A stretch of 64,000 nucleotides of DNA from an uncultured Chloroflexia bacterium (GTDB lineage: Bacteria > Chloroflexota > Chloroflexia > Thermomicrobiales > JALYUS01). The position numbers and the translations under genes were made by a program. Each line of letters starts with the position of its first letter. Positions within the stretch are counted from its first letter, which is position 1. The stretch spans positions 6,133 through 70,132 of the forward strand of contig CAWJZC010000014.1 of the NCBI GenBank assembly GCA_963847195.1. Direction: 5' to 3'. Under the pieces are notes generated by a model. The model searched no databases and was not told where the DNA came from. It saw nothing but the letters and a program-made list of their open reading frames with translations. Shown here one piece after another: positions 18,840 to 27,783 of this stretch.

Positions 18840-19886
18840 ATGGGCGTGGAGGGCGAACGTCCGGAGGTGACGGCGGAGCAGCGCTCGCTGGCGATGCTCG
18901 TCGCGCTTCATCTGCACCCGACCGGGCTGCGGCGGGCCGAACTGATCGGCGAGGTGCGGCGTCTCCTCGCCGAGCCGGAACTCTATCTCGGCCAGCGCGA
19001 CGCGGCGGGGGAGACGCGCGAGCGACCGCTGGAGGAGCGCACGATCCATCGCGATCTCGTCCGCGTGCGCGACTGGCTCGGCACGAAACCGTGGCCCGAC
19101 ATCGCCGTGACGGATGAGCACGCCGGGCGGGAGCGGCGGTACCGTCTGGCGCAGGGGCTTGTGCCCGGCTTCGTCCTCACCGACGGCGACCGCGACGCGT
19201 TGCGCGAGATTTTCCAGCACCTCTGCGGCGCGAAGGCGGGGACGCGGTCGATTGTCCTGCCTTTCGTCCAAAAGGTCGCGGGCGAAATGCTCGCCGTGGA
19301 CACCGGAGATGTCCTGCCGCCCGATGTGATGGGGTATCTGACCCAGGAGCAACGGGACGCGCTCGCCGTCATCGTGCGCGCCAAGCAGCGGCAGCAGGGG
19401 ATCGCCTTCGCCTATACGGCGGGGAGCGGCACGAAGCGATACGTCGCGTGGCCGATTGAGATTTCATGGTTCGGGACGCGCGTCTACATTGCCGCGCGCA
19501 AGGACGATCAGCAGTTCCGCGTCTTCCGGCTTGATCGCTTCCTGCCTCGACCGGATCAATCCGCCCGGCATCTCCTCGTCCAGCCGACCGGGAGGAGCGC
19601 GCCGTTCGGACTCAGCCTCCCGTCACGCCCGTTCCGGTTGCGCGTGCGCGGCAATCTCGTGCCCTTCTTCCGGGACACCGCCGTCTTCTTTGATCAAGCA
19701 GTCGCGCCCGAGGAGGACGGATCGCTGATCGTCACGGGGACGTATCGCTCCGACGTTCTCCTCGCGAACAACGTACTCCGGTACGGCGCCGCCGTCGAGT
19801 TGTTGGAACCCAGGCGGGTCCGTACACTGATTACGGAAGAGGTCGCGGCTCTCACGCGCCTCTATGCCGGGGAACCGGCCGGATAG
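18840..19886 (+). CDS. wHTH-WYL-type transcriptional regulator (BrxR/CapW-like architecture)
   Basis: N-terminal wHTH-like LAMLVALHLHPTGLRRAELIGEV..TIHRDLVRVRDWLG. WYL-like core IAFAYTAGSGTKRYVAWPIEISWFGTRVYIAARKDDQQFRVFRLDRF (about nt 19386..19559). C-terminal extension ..VLRYGAAVELLEPRRVR. It is divergent from the helicase operon. Confidence 0.75.
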   Translation: MGVEGERPEVTAEQRSLAMLVALHLHPTGLRRAELIGEVRRLLAEPELYLGQRDAAGETRERPLEERTIHRDLVRVRDWLGTKPWPDIAVTDEHAGRERRYRLAQGLVPGFVLTDGDRDALREIFQHLCGAKAGTRSIVLPFVQKVAGEMLAVDTGDVLPPDVMGYLTQEQRDALAVIVRAKQRQQGIAFAYTAGSGTKRYVAWPIEISWFGTRVYIAARKDDQQFRVFRLDRFLPRPDQSARHLLVQPTGRSAPFGLSLPSRPFRLRVRGNLVPFFRDTAVFFDQAVAPEEDGSLIVTGTYRSDVLLANNVLRYGAAVELLEPRRVRTLITEEVAALTRLYAGEPAG

Positions 19887-19977
19887 CGGCAACTGCCCCG
19901 ATGCGCTCTCAGCCTTCCGCCAGATAGCGCAGCGCGACGGCAGCGTGCATAGTGGGTTGTCGACGATGGAGGGCGGC

Positions 19978-20379
19978 TTATGATGCGTCAGCGTCCGCCG
20001 CATTGGCGCGCTGCGAGACGATGAAGTCATGGACCGCTGCCCAGTCTACCTGCGTCAAGGACCAGTCGACGAATGCCTTGATATCGCCAAGTTCCGGGGG
20101 GGCGAACTGCGTGGCGTATTTCGTCAGGTCCTCGCGCAGCCAGCGGAGGTTGCCATCCCGCTTCACCCGCTTGTCGAGGTACTCCTGCATCTCGGTCAGT
20201 TCGTCCGGCGACACCTGCTCGCCCGCGTCGCTGCGCGCATCGGTCGTGTCGTCCACCCATGCCCGGACGGCACCCTTGGTGTGCATCTCCGCGATCTCGT
20301 CGGGGGCATCGGTGAGCCAGTCGACAATCATGCGGGTCGGTGTCAGTTCCTGTCCGATTGTTTCTGTCGTGGCGCCCAT
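19978..20379 (-). CDS. Acidic hypothetical protein (133 aa)
   Basis: MGATTETIGQELTPTRMIVDWLTDAPDEIAEMH.. preceded by GGAGCAGGAGAGGGAGCAG. It is strongly D/E-rich and no family was recognised. An ATG at 20400 is an alternative start. Confidence 0.5.
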   Translation of the reverse strand: MGATTETIGQELTPTRMIVDWLTDAPDEIAEMHTKGAVRAWVDDTTDARSDAGEQVSPDELTEMQEYLDKRVKRDGNLRWLREDLTKYATQFAPPELGDIKAFVDWSLTQVDWAAVHDFIVSQRANAADADAS

Positions 20380-20500
20380 CTGCTCCCTCTCCTGCTCCAT
20401 TCCTGCCCGCCGCCAATGCACATTGCGTGCCGCCGCGCGGTCGTGCTGCTCGCGAGAGCGAATCGTATGCCGCCATTCTCGGTATAGCGGAGCGCGGCGG

Positions 20501-20529
20501 TTGACACCGCGATCATCGACGGGCAAGAT
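20501..20529 (+). promoter_or_regulatory. Weak promoter candidate TTGACA-N17-CAAGAT upstream of the ABC-2 permease
   Basis: TTGACA at 20501..20506, a 17-nt spacer, then CAAGAT at 20524..20529, about 50 nt upstream of the ATG at 20579. Confidence 0.3.
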
Positions 20530-20578
20530 ACCCGGCGATACTGGAGGGTCGGCACGCACCGTTGATGGGGGACAGAGG

Positions 20579-21434
20579 ATGGCAGAAACGATCGCAAAAC
20601 CGCAGCCGCGCACGCCGGTGTATTCGAGCATTTCGAGTGCCGGTTTGCTCGGGCGGCTGCGCACGCTCTTCGAGCGCCGCGATCTCATCTGGGAGCTGAC
20701 CGCCCGCAACCTCAAGGTCCGCTACCGCCGCTCGGTCTTCGGCTTTCTCTGGGCGATCCTCAACCCGCTGCTCAATGCCCTCGTCTTCGGGTTCGTCTTC
20801 GGCGTCTTGCTCAAGTCCCCGATTGACCGGTTCGTGCTCTTTGTGCTTGATCGGATTTATGGCCTGGGGCGCGTTCGCCGCGTCCGTGCTGGAATCGATG
20901 GCAGTCATTACCGGGTCGTCCGCCCTGGTCACGCGCGTGCGCTTCCCGCATGAGGTGCTGCCGATTTCCACGGTACTCGCGAATATGATCAACCTCGTGC
21001 TGGCGGCGCTGCCGAGCATCTTCGTCGTCATGGCGATCACGCATTCGCCGTTGCACCCGCAGTTGATCTTGTTCCCCCTGGTGCTGATCTGTCTCTTCGC
21101 CTTCTCGCTCGGTGTCGGCTTCATGTCGGCGGCGGCGAATGTCTTCTTCCGCGACACGCGCAACTTCCTCGACGTGGTGATCAGCCTCTGGTTCTTCCTC
21201 ACGCCGATTATTTACAACCTCGACGCCGTGTTCGTCACGCCGAGGTTGCAGCGGCTGGTGTACTGGCTCAACCCGATGGCCTCGATCATCACCCTGCTGC
21301 GCCACATGTTCTACACCGGCTACTGGGACGCCCCCAGCTTCTTCCTGCGCACGACGGTCGCCTGCTTCGCGGTGCTGATCGCGGGCTGGGTCTTCTTCGT
21401 CAAACTCTCCGAGCGATTCGTCGAGGAGCTGTAA
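20579..21434 (+). CDS. ABC-2 type exporter permease (Wzm/TagG-like), one frame break near 20840
   Basis: LIWELTARNLKVRYRRSVFGFLWAILNPLLNALVFGFVFGVLLK, then in another frame ..FMAWGAFAASVLE..VRFPHEVLPISTVLANMINL..NVFFRDTRNFLDVVISLWFFLTPIIY. No ATPase gene is adjacent. Confidence 0.8.
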
Positions 21435-21450
21435 GGCCCTGGTCGATCGG

Positions 21451-21903
21451 ATGGCTACGCCGCTCCGCTATCGCCTCATACTGCTCCCGGTGATGGACGC
21501 GACGGAAGGGCCGGAAGCCGCCGGACATGCCGCCGCGCTCGGTCGCGCCACCGGCGCGACGGTGGCGATCCTCGGCGTGATCGATACGAGCGCGGGCTTC
21601 CAGTTCAGCGCGGAGGGTCTGGCGCGGTACGACCGGCTGCGCGCCGAGACGCAGGGAGCGATCGAGGCGGCGAGCGCGGTCGTGCGCGGCATCGGTGCGG
21701 CGCGGGTCGAGCACCTGATCATGGACGGCACACCGTGCGAGGCAATTATCGAGGTGGCGGACGAACAAGACGCGGGCCTGATCGTCCTCGGTGCGGGCCG
21801 TGCTATGCTTGACGATACATCGCCTGAGAGTCTTGTTGCGCATGTGCTCCGCCATGCTCGCTGCCCGGTCGTGATCGTTCCCGCAGAAAGGAAGAGCCCG
21901 TGA
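21451..21903 (+). CDS. Universal stress protein (UspA family)
   Basis: ILLPVMDATEGPEAAGHAAAL..EAIIEVADEQDAGLIVLGAGR..SLVAHVLRHARCPVVIV. Confidence 0.85.
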   Translation: MATPLRYRLILLPVMDATEGPEAAGHAAALGRATGATVAILGVIDTSAGFQFSAEGLARYDRLRAETQGAIEAASAVVRGIGAARVEHLIMDGTPCEAIIEVADEQDAGLIVLGAGRAMLDDTSPESLVAHVLRHARCPVVIVPAERKSP

Positions 21904-23183
21904 TGGACACCAGCCGCGATGAGGCGCGACGCCGCGACGCCGCCGACCCCCTCGCGTCGTATCGCGACCGCTTCTACACGCAGCCCGGCACGATCTACCT
22001 GGACGGCAACTCGCTCGGCCTCCTCTCGCGCGATGCGGAACGGACGCTGCTGCGCGTCCTGGAGGAGTGGAAGACGCTCGGCATCGAGGCGTGGCTGAAC
22101 GCCGACCCGCCCTGGTTCACGCTCACCGAAGAACTTGGCGCGCTCATGGCCCCGCTCGTCGGCGCGGAGTCGGACGAGGTCGTCGTCACCGCCAGCACGA
22201 CCGTCAATCTGCACACCCTCGCCGCTACCTTCTATTGTCCGACACCCGCGCGGCGGAAGATCGTCGCAACGTCGCTGGACTTTCCCTCGGACATCTACGC
22301 CCTGCAGAGCCAGATTCGTCTGCACGGCGGCGATCCGGTCAGCGATCTTGTGATCGTCGAGAGCCGGGATGGGCGGCTGGTCGAGGAGGACGACATCATC
22401 GCCGCGATGACGAGCGAGGCGGCGATGGCCATTCTGCCCGCCGTCTTCTACCGGAGCGGCCAGTTGCTCGACATCGCGCGCCTGACCGCCGCCGCCCACG
22501 AACGCGGCGTGCTGATCGGTATCGACGGCTGCCACTCCGTCGGCCTCGTGCCGCACCAGTTCGATCGTTGGGGCGTTGATTTTGCCTTCTGGTGCACCTA
22601 CAAATACTTGAACAGTGGCCCCGGCGGGACGGCGGGCTTGTACGTCAATCGCCGGCATTTCGGCGTCGTGCCCGGCATGGCGGGGTGGTGGGGCAGCGAT
22701 AAGTCGACCCAATTTGACATGCTGCACACCTTCACCGGCGCGGGGAACGCGGGCGCGTGGCAGATCGGCACGCCGCCCTTACTCAGCACCGCGCCGCTGC
22801 ACGGCTCATTGCTGATGTTCGCCGAGGTGGGCATCGAGAATGTCCGCGCCGCGTCTCTCGCTCGCACGGACTATTTGATCGCGCTGATCGAGGCGATGGG
22901 TCTCACGGGGGCGCCCTACCACTACGGCATCGGCACCCCGCGCGACCATGCCCGGCGCGGCGGTCACGTCGCCGTCGAGCACGCGGAGGGGACGCGGATC
23001 GCGAAGGCGCTCAAAGTGAAGGGCGTCATCCCGGACTTCCGCCCGCCGAACATCGTTCGCCTCGCCCCTATCGCCCTCTACACCTCATACGAGGAGTGCT
23101 GGCAGGCCGCGCAGCACCTCAAAGCGATCATCGACGAGCGCGCCTACGAGGCATTCGTGATCGGGCGCGAATTGGTGGCGTAA
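21903..23183 (+). CDS. kynU: Kynureninase
   Basis: DPLASYRDRFYTQPGTIYLDGNSLGL.., FAFWCTYKYLNSGPGGTAGLYV (PLP-lysine region), PDFRPPNIVRLAPIALYTSYEE. The ATG overlaps the usp stop (TGATG). Confidence 0.9.
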   Translation: MDTSRDEARRRDAADPLASYRDRFYTQPGTIYLDGNSLGLLSRDAERTLLRVLEEWKTLGIEAWLNADPPWFTLTEELGALMAPLVGAESDEVVVTASTTVNLHTLAATFYCPTPARRKIVATSLDFPSDIYALQSQIRLHGGDPVSDLVIVESRDGRLVEEDDIIAAMTSEAAMAILPAVFYRSGQLLDIARLTAAAHERGVLIGIDGCHSVGLVPHQFDRWGVDFAFWCTYKYLNSGPGGTAGLYVNRRHFGVVPGMAGWWGSDKSTQFDMLHTFTGAGNAGAWQIGTPPLLSTAPLHGSLLMFAEVGIENVRAASLARTDYLIALIEAMGLTGAPYHYGIGTPRDHARRGGHVAVEHAEGTRIAKALKVKGVIPDFRPPNIVRLAPIALYTSYEECWQAAQHLKAIIDERAYEAFVIGRELVA

Positions 23184-23201
23184 CGGGGAGCCCAACCCCT
23201 G

Positions 23202-23814
23202 TCAGAACTTCTTTGCCGGGTCCGGGCGGGTGGCGACGAGCAGGTATTCGCGGTCGTTCTGCCAGAGGACTTCCGGCGATTCGAAGCCGTGGTCGGTGAG
23301 CATCCCGGTCAGTTTCGCCGCGCCGATGCGCCGGGGCTTGGGCGGGCCATTTCCTTCCGGCGCGTCCTCGCGGAACTCGAGGACGGCGACTTTGCCGCCA
23401 TGCCGCAGGACGTGATGCATCTGCGCGATCATGTGTTCCGGTGGCGTGATCTCGTGCAGCACGAAGGCGATGAAGCAGCAATCGAGGCTGCCCTCGGGCA
23501 AGGGGAGATCGTGGTGCAAGTCCACATGCATGACGCGGATCGTGGGCGGCAGCCCCTTCGCGATCATCGCCTGACGCATCTCGTCGCTCTGGTCGAGCGC
23601 GAAGACATGGCCGGTCGGCCCGACCGCCTTCGCCAGTTCGATGGTGAAGAGGCCGGTGCCGGAACCGAGGTCCGCGACGTGCATGCCGTGGTGGAGAGCC
23701 GAGGCGGGCGATCATCGCGGGCGGGTCGAGCCGCGCGATGCGCTCCGGGGATTCCATCCGCTGCCATTTGGCCGTATCGAAGATGTGCGCGCGGTCGCCA
23801 TGCTGCTCTGCCAT
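23202..23814 (-). CDS. Class I SAM-dependent methyltransferase (one frame break near 23700)
   Basis: MAEQHGDRAHIFDTAKWQRMESPERIARLDP.., then in another frame HVADLGSGTGLFTIELAK..FVLHEI..LRHGGKVAVLEF. The ATG overlaps the TAA stop of the upstream GNAT gene (TAATG). Confidence 0.7.
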
Positions 23815-24581
23815 TATTCGTCCCTCCGATATTCGACGCCGGTATCCACGGGCACGAGCCCGAGCAGTTTCGCCAGCCCGAGCGACGAGACATTGTCGGT
23901 GAATGCCGTCCACTGGGGGAGGAGCCCCTGCGCCGCGACAGTCGTCATCAGGGAGTGCGCGCACGCCGTCGCGTATCCCTTGCCGCGCGCGCCGGGGTCC
24001 GTGTGCGCCCCGACTTCCGCGTACGGCGCGGCAATTGCCCAGGTCGCGGCGATGGCGACGAGCCTGCCGCCCTCCTCGACGCCGTCCGCCATCCCTTCGG
24101 CGAGCAGCGCGTTGACGCTCCCGAAGGCGTCGGTCATCCACTCGCCCTCGCCGTGCAGGAGCCGCGCGACCGCCTCGGCGTCCGGTGGGCCGAGCGGTCG
24201 GGTTTCGGCACGCCTCCGCTCCAGCGGCGGCAATCGCCACTCCTCGGTCGCTGCGTGGATCGTCACGTCGGTGCGCTGGTCGCCGAAGAGCGTCTCGGCG
24301 ATCAGGCGCTCCGTCTCCGCGTCGGAGACCCAGAGGCGGCTGATGCCCGGCTCCTCGGCGAGGAAGTCGAGCAGGGATTCCGGGTTGCCGAGCGAGACGA
24401 GGTAGGCGCCCGCCTGCGACGCCGCGGGCATCATCACCGCCGCCGCTTGCGGGCGGGCAATGTCGTCCACCGCGACGCGCGCCCCGCCCGAGCGCAGCAG
24501 GAAGCGGGCGACCGTATGCCACGGGCGCGGCTCCAGGCGGGCCAACAGGGCGGGGAATCGGTCGGGCGGGTAATCTTGCAT
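23814..24581 (-). CDS. GNAT-family N-acetyltransferase
   Basis: C-terminal acetyltransferase core ..GRLVAIAATWAIAAPYAEVGAHTDPGARGKGYATACAHSLMTTV.. The 255-aa ORF is intact. Confidence 0.7.
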   Translation of the reverse strand: MQDYPPDRFPALLARLEPRPWHTVARFLLRSGGARVAVDDIARPQAAAVMMPAASQAGAYLVSLGNPESLLDFLAEEPGISRLWVSDAETERLIAETLFGDQRTDVTIHAATEEWRLPPLERRRAETRPLGPPDAEAVARLLHGEGEWMTDAFGSVNALLAEGMADGVEEGGRLVAIAATWAIAAPYAEVGAHTDPGARGKGYATACAHSLMTTVAAQGLLPQWTAFTDNVSSLGLAKLLGLVPVDTGVEYRRDE

Positions 24582-24737
24582 CGCGTTCGCACTCCAGCGG
24601 TTGCGGTCACAGCGGTCGTCCGCCGCATCATACCAGACGGCGGCCCTCCGGCAGGCGTGCCGGGCGCATTTCGGGGTACACTGTGCGCCGATGCGAACGG
24701 GAAGCGCCGCGATGGCGGATCGGGAGAGGAGACGCGC

Positions 24738-24977
24738 ATGCCACTCGGGCTGACGATGGATGAGATTCAGCTGATGATCGCCGACGCGGCGGAGACGACC
24801 CCGGACATCGGGCCGGACGGCGGCGAGATGAGCGACCCGGAGTATGTCACGGCATACCTATTGAATATCATCATCCCGCTCCTGCGCTACAACAACATGC
24901 GCATCGAGGAGCAGTTGCGCGCTATCGGCATCGTCATCCCCGACGCGCCGCCCGCCGCCGATCCACCGAACATCTAG
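24738..24977 (+). CDS. Hypothetical small protein (79 aa)
   Basis: MPLGLTMDEIQLMIADAAETTPDIG.. preceded by GGGAGAGGAG. No family recognised. Confidence 0.45.
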   Translation: MPLGLTMDEIQLMIADAAETTPDIGPDGGEMSDPEYVTAYLLNIIIPLLRYNNMRIEEQLRAIGIVIPDAPPAADPPNI

Positions 24978-25028
24978 CGCCCCCCGGGTGGCGGAGAATC
25001 TTGTGGCAGCCGGCTTCCCCAATCCGGT

Positions 25029-25065
25029 TCAGCGACGGGCAATTCCATGAATTGCCCGTCGCTGA
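25029..25065. terminator. Perfect 17-bp stem / 3-nt loop hairpin between convergent genes
   Basis: TCAGCGACGGGCAATTC-CAT-GAATTGCCCGTCGCTGA. More hairpins follow: CTCCGG..CCGGAG at about 25183..25202 and a nested GTGCCCAAGGGGCAC at about 25224..25261, just 3' of the thioredoxin-like gene. Confidence 0.4.
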
Positions 25066-25269
25066 CCATCGCGATTCTCACGCTGCCCAGTTTCCTAACT
25101 GCACTGCATTGGGCTTTAGCCTATGGCAGCGGCGCTCGGCAGGCCGAAGCCCGCCGCCACAAAATAGCGGGGACAAGAAACGCTCCGGCCATCAGACCGG
25201 AGCGCAAAGCATGTTCTGTGACTCAGCACTCATGGTGCCCAAGGGGCACCCGCAGTGCTCGGCACTTCG

Positions 25270-25872
25270 TTAGGCGGGCACGCCACTGACGATCTTCTTG
25301 AACTCGTCCACGAGCATCTGGTTCCATGCCGATGTCCGCTCGGCGCGGAGCTTGGTGCTCTCGGCGCCCCACGCCTGCCGCGCCTCGGGGGAGAGCGCGC
25401 CGAAGTCGGCGTCTTGCGGGGCGTTGTATTCGGGGTGGGCGGCGAAGAAGGCGTTGCGCGCGGCGGCGCTTTCGGCGGTCTGGGCGGCGGGCCGCTCGAT
25501 GAAGTGACCGAGCTCGCGCATGTTCTGATCGAAGAAGACGACGACCGGGATGGACTTGAACTGACCATCTTTGAGGTACTGGTTCATCAGGTCTTCGTTC
25601 TGATCGCGCAGGAAGATGCGCACATTGAGCGTGCCGACCGCTTCGGCCAGTTTATTGAGCACCGGCAGGCCCGCGACCACATCGCCGCACCAATCCTCGC
25701 CGATCACAAGCACATTGACCGGCTCCGGCAGGTTCTTGAATGCCGCGATGTCCTCCGGCTTCAGCTCCGCCTTCTCGCCATTCTCGATGAAGCGATCCTT
25801 ATTCTGCGTGATCTGGTCCATGTACTGCTGGTACGTCAAGCCTTCGTTAAACCGTTCCTGGGTCACTGCCAT
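25270..25872 (-). CDS. Thioredoxin-fold family protein
   Basis: MAVTQERFNEGLTYQQYMDQITQNKDRF..VNVLVIGEDWCGDVVAGLPVLNKLAE..KSIPVVVFFD. Confidence 0.75.
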   Translation of the reverse strand: MAVTQERFNEGLTYQQYMDQITQNKDRFIENGEKAELKPEDIAAFKNLPEPVNVLVIGEDWCGDVVAGLPVLNKLAEAVGTLNVRIFLRDQNEDLMNQYLKDGQFKSIPVVVFFDQNMRELGHFIERPAAQTAESAAARNAFFAAHPEYNAPQDADFGALSPEARQAWGAESTKLRAERTSAWNQMLVDEFKKIVSGVPA

Positions 25873-25983
25873 GTCGCGCTCCCTCCGAGGGTTCGTGGAA
25901 CTACGTCCGTGCCGCCCGATACATAGCGACGGCACGATGCTACAACGCGCTGCACCACCTCCTCTATTCCCTCGCCGCGCGAA

Positions 25984-26352
25984 TCACACCAGCCGCGCGA
26001 CGAGAATGCCGAGAGAGACGGCGACGAGACCGGCGACGATGCTCCCGACAATATTGAGCGCCGCCCGCGCGATATTGCCGGCCTGGATCAGTTGGACGGA
26101 CTCGAACATCCACGACGAGAAGGTCGTGTAGGCGCTCAGGAAGCCCGTCGTGAGGAGCAAACGGACATCGGGGCCGATCAATCCGCGCTCCTCCGCGAGC
26201 GTGAGGATGAGGCCGAGGGCGAAGGCGCCGCTGACATTGATGACGAAGAGCGCGGCGATGCTCGGGCCGGTGCGGTCGAGGATCCACCCTTGCAGGAAGT
26301 AGCGGGCCAGCGCGCCGAGTGACCCGCCGACTGCCACAATCGCCACCCGCAT
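25984..26352 (-). CDS. crcB: Fluoride ion channel CrcB/FluC
   Basis: MRVAIVAVGGSLGALARYFL..FVINVSGAFALGLI..GFLSAYTTFSSWMFE. A four-TM small protein. Confidence 0.92.
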   Translation of the reverse strand: MRVAIVAVGGSLGALARYFLQGWILDRTGPSIAALFVINVSGAFALGLILTLAEERGLIGPDVRLLLTTGFLSAYTTFSSWMFESVQLIQAGNIARAALNIVGSIVAGLVAVSLGILVARLV

Positions 26353-26383
26353 CGCCTCGGCCCCCTCGCAGCTACAGCAGCGC

Positions 26384-27049
26384 CTAATCGCGCTGAAAGC
26401 GGACGATCTCGCCCGTGATCCTCTCGTCCGTGATATGGAGGAGGCCGTAGGAGAAACTGGGCGCGGTGCGCCGGTCGGTGGGCGAACCGGGATTGAAGAG
26501 GAGGACGCCGTCCGTCTCTTCGTTCATCGGCTGGTGGCTGTGCCCGAAGATGACGCACTGCACGTCCTTGAAGGTCCGCCGCGCGCGCTCGGGCGTCGTG
26601 CTGCCCCTGCCGCCGTCGCCGTGGACGATGCCGATTCGCCACGGCCCGACTTCAACGACGCGCTGCATCGGTAACGCGCGCTGCACATCCGGGAGATCGG
26701 TATTGCCGCGCACGGCGAGCACGGGCGGCCCGATGCGGCGCACCTGTTCGAGCGCCTCGCGCGTGGTGAAATCGCCCGCGTGGAGGATGAGATCGACGTG
26801 CCGCAGCCCGTTCGTCACCGGGAAGGGCAGTTCACGCGCCCGCGAGGGCATGTGCGTGTCCGCCAGCACGCCGATAGTCAGCGGCGGCGTCCAGACGCGC
26901 TGCTCAGCGGGCGGCGGCGGCGGCAGCGGTGGGAACCGCGAGTTGTCCGCCCCCGTGCGCAGGTTGACCCGCCCCGGTATCGGCGGGCGGTAACTGCTCG
27001 GCCGTTCGGGCCGATCCGGGGGATCCGATTCGTTCAACCAAGCCTCCAC
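26384..27049 (-). CDS. YfcE/MJ0936-type metallophosphoesterase with a Pro-rich N-terminal extension (start uncertain)
   Basis: IGVLADTHM..LILHAGDF..LAVRGNTD..IGIVHGD..VIFGHSHQP..LFNPGS. GTG at 27049 and TTG at 27037 are candidate starts. Confidence 0.8.
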   Translation of the reverse strand: MEAWLNESDPPDRPERPSSYRPPIPGRVNLRTGADNSRFPPLPPPPPAEQRVWTPPLTIGVLADTHMPSRARELPFPVTNGLRHVDLILHAGDFTTREALEQVRRIGPPVLAVRGNTDLPDVQRALPMQRVVEVGPWRIGIVHGDGGRGSTTPERARRTFKDVQCVIFGHSHQPMNEETDGVLLFNPGSPTDRRTAPSFSYGLLHITDERITGEIVRFQRD

Positions 27050-27055
27050 GGAGCA

Positions 27056-27213
27056 AGGACTGAGGATTGAGGGCTGAGGACTGAGCCTTCGCCCGCTCGC
27101 GCCCGATAATACCACGGCTGCGTGGTATACTTGCCGTTCGGCAGCAACGGCTGCTCCGGCATGTGCGTAGCGACGAGGTCTATCCTGGGGAACACTGCAG
27201 TCCTCAGTCCTGA
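27056..27213. repeat. Heptad-stutter inverted repeat (GGACTGAGG units)
   Basis: AGGACTGAGGATTGAGGGCTGAGGACTGAG (27056..27085) against CAGTCCTCAGTCCTGA (27198..27213). The same unit recurs at 35898..35911 and 54733..54750. Confidence 0.65.
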
Positions 27214-27234
27214 AGCGACCAGAGGGAGCGACAG

Positions 27235-27732
27235 ATGGCATCCGCATCGTCCTTCGATATTGTCTCGAAGTTTGACCGGCAAGAATTGAAGAATGCGGTC
27301 GATCAGGCGCAGCGCGAGATGACGACGCGTTACGACCTCAAAGATACGAAGAGCGAGATTACGCTCGACGAGAAGGCGATTACGATCACCGCGCCGTCCG
27401 AATACGTCATCACGACGATCCGCGATCTGCTCGAAAGCAAGGTGCTGCGGCGCAGCCTGTCGCTGAAGATTCTCGACCCCGGCAAGGTGGAAGACATCGT
27501 CGGTGGCCGCGCCAAGCAGATCATCACGCTCAAAGAGGGCCTGCCGGACGACCTCGCCAAGAAGATGACCAAGACGATCCGGGACGAGTTCAAGAAGGTC
27601 CAGCCGCAAATCCAGGGCGACGCCATCCGCGTGCAGGCGAAGGCGAGGGACGACCTGCAGGGCGTCATCCAATACTTCCGCGAGCACGAGAACGACTATC
27701 CCGTCGCCTTGCAGTTCGTCAATTATCGGTAA
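27235..27732 (+). CDS. yajQ: YajQ family (UPF0234) nucleotide/c-di-GMP-binding protein
   Basis: SSFDIVSKFDRQELKNAVDQAQREMTTRYDLKDT..KKVQPQIQGDAIRVQAKARDDLQGVIQYF..LQFVNYR. Confidence 0.92.
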   Translation: MASASSFDIVSKFDRQELKNAVDQAQREMTTRYDLKDTKSEITLDEKAITITAPSEYVITTIRDLLESKVLRRSLSLKILDPGKVEDIVGGRAKQIITLKEGLPDDLAKKMTKTIRDEFKKVQPQIQGDAIRVQAKARDDLQGVIQYFREHENDYPVALQFVNYR

Positions 27733-27739
27733 CAGTTTG

Positions 27740-27778
27740 CTCCCCCTTCCCTTGGAGGGAAGGGGGCTGGGGGTTAGG
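27740..27778. repeat. GC-rich REP-like hairpin with G-rich tail (copy C1)
   Basis: CCCCCTTCCC-TTGGA-GGGAAGGGGG followed by CTGGGGGTTAGG. Related copies lie at 32248..32291, 43374..43422, 48836..48877 (inverted) and 48951..48989. Confidence 0.7.
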
Positions 27779-27783
27779 AAGTC

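Noticed and set aside
26353-26383. Fluoride riboswitch expected upstream of crcB
   Set aside because: Only about 30 nt separate crcB from the preceding phosphoesterase gene. That is too short for the aptamer, and no conserved riboswitch core is seen. crcB is probably co-transcribed.
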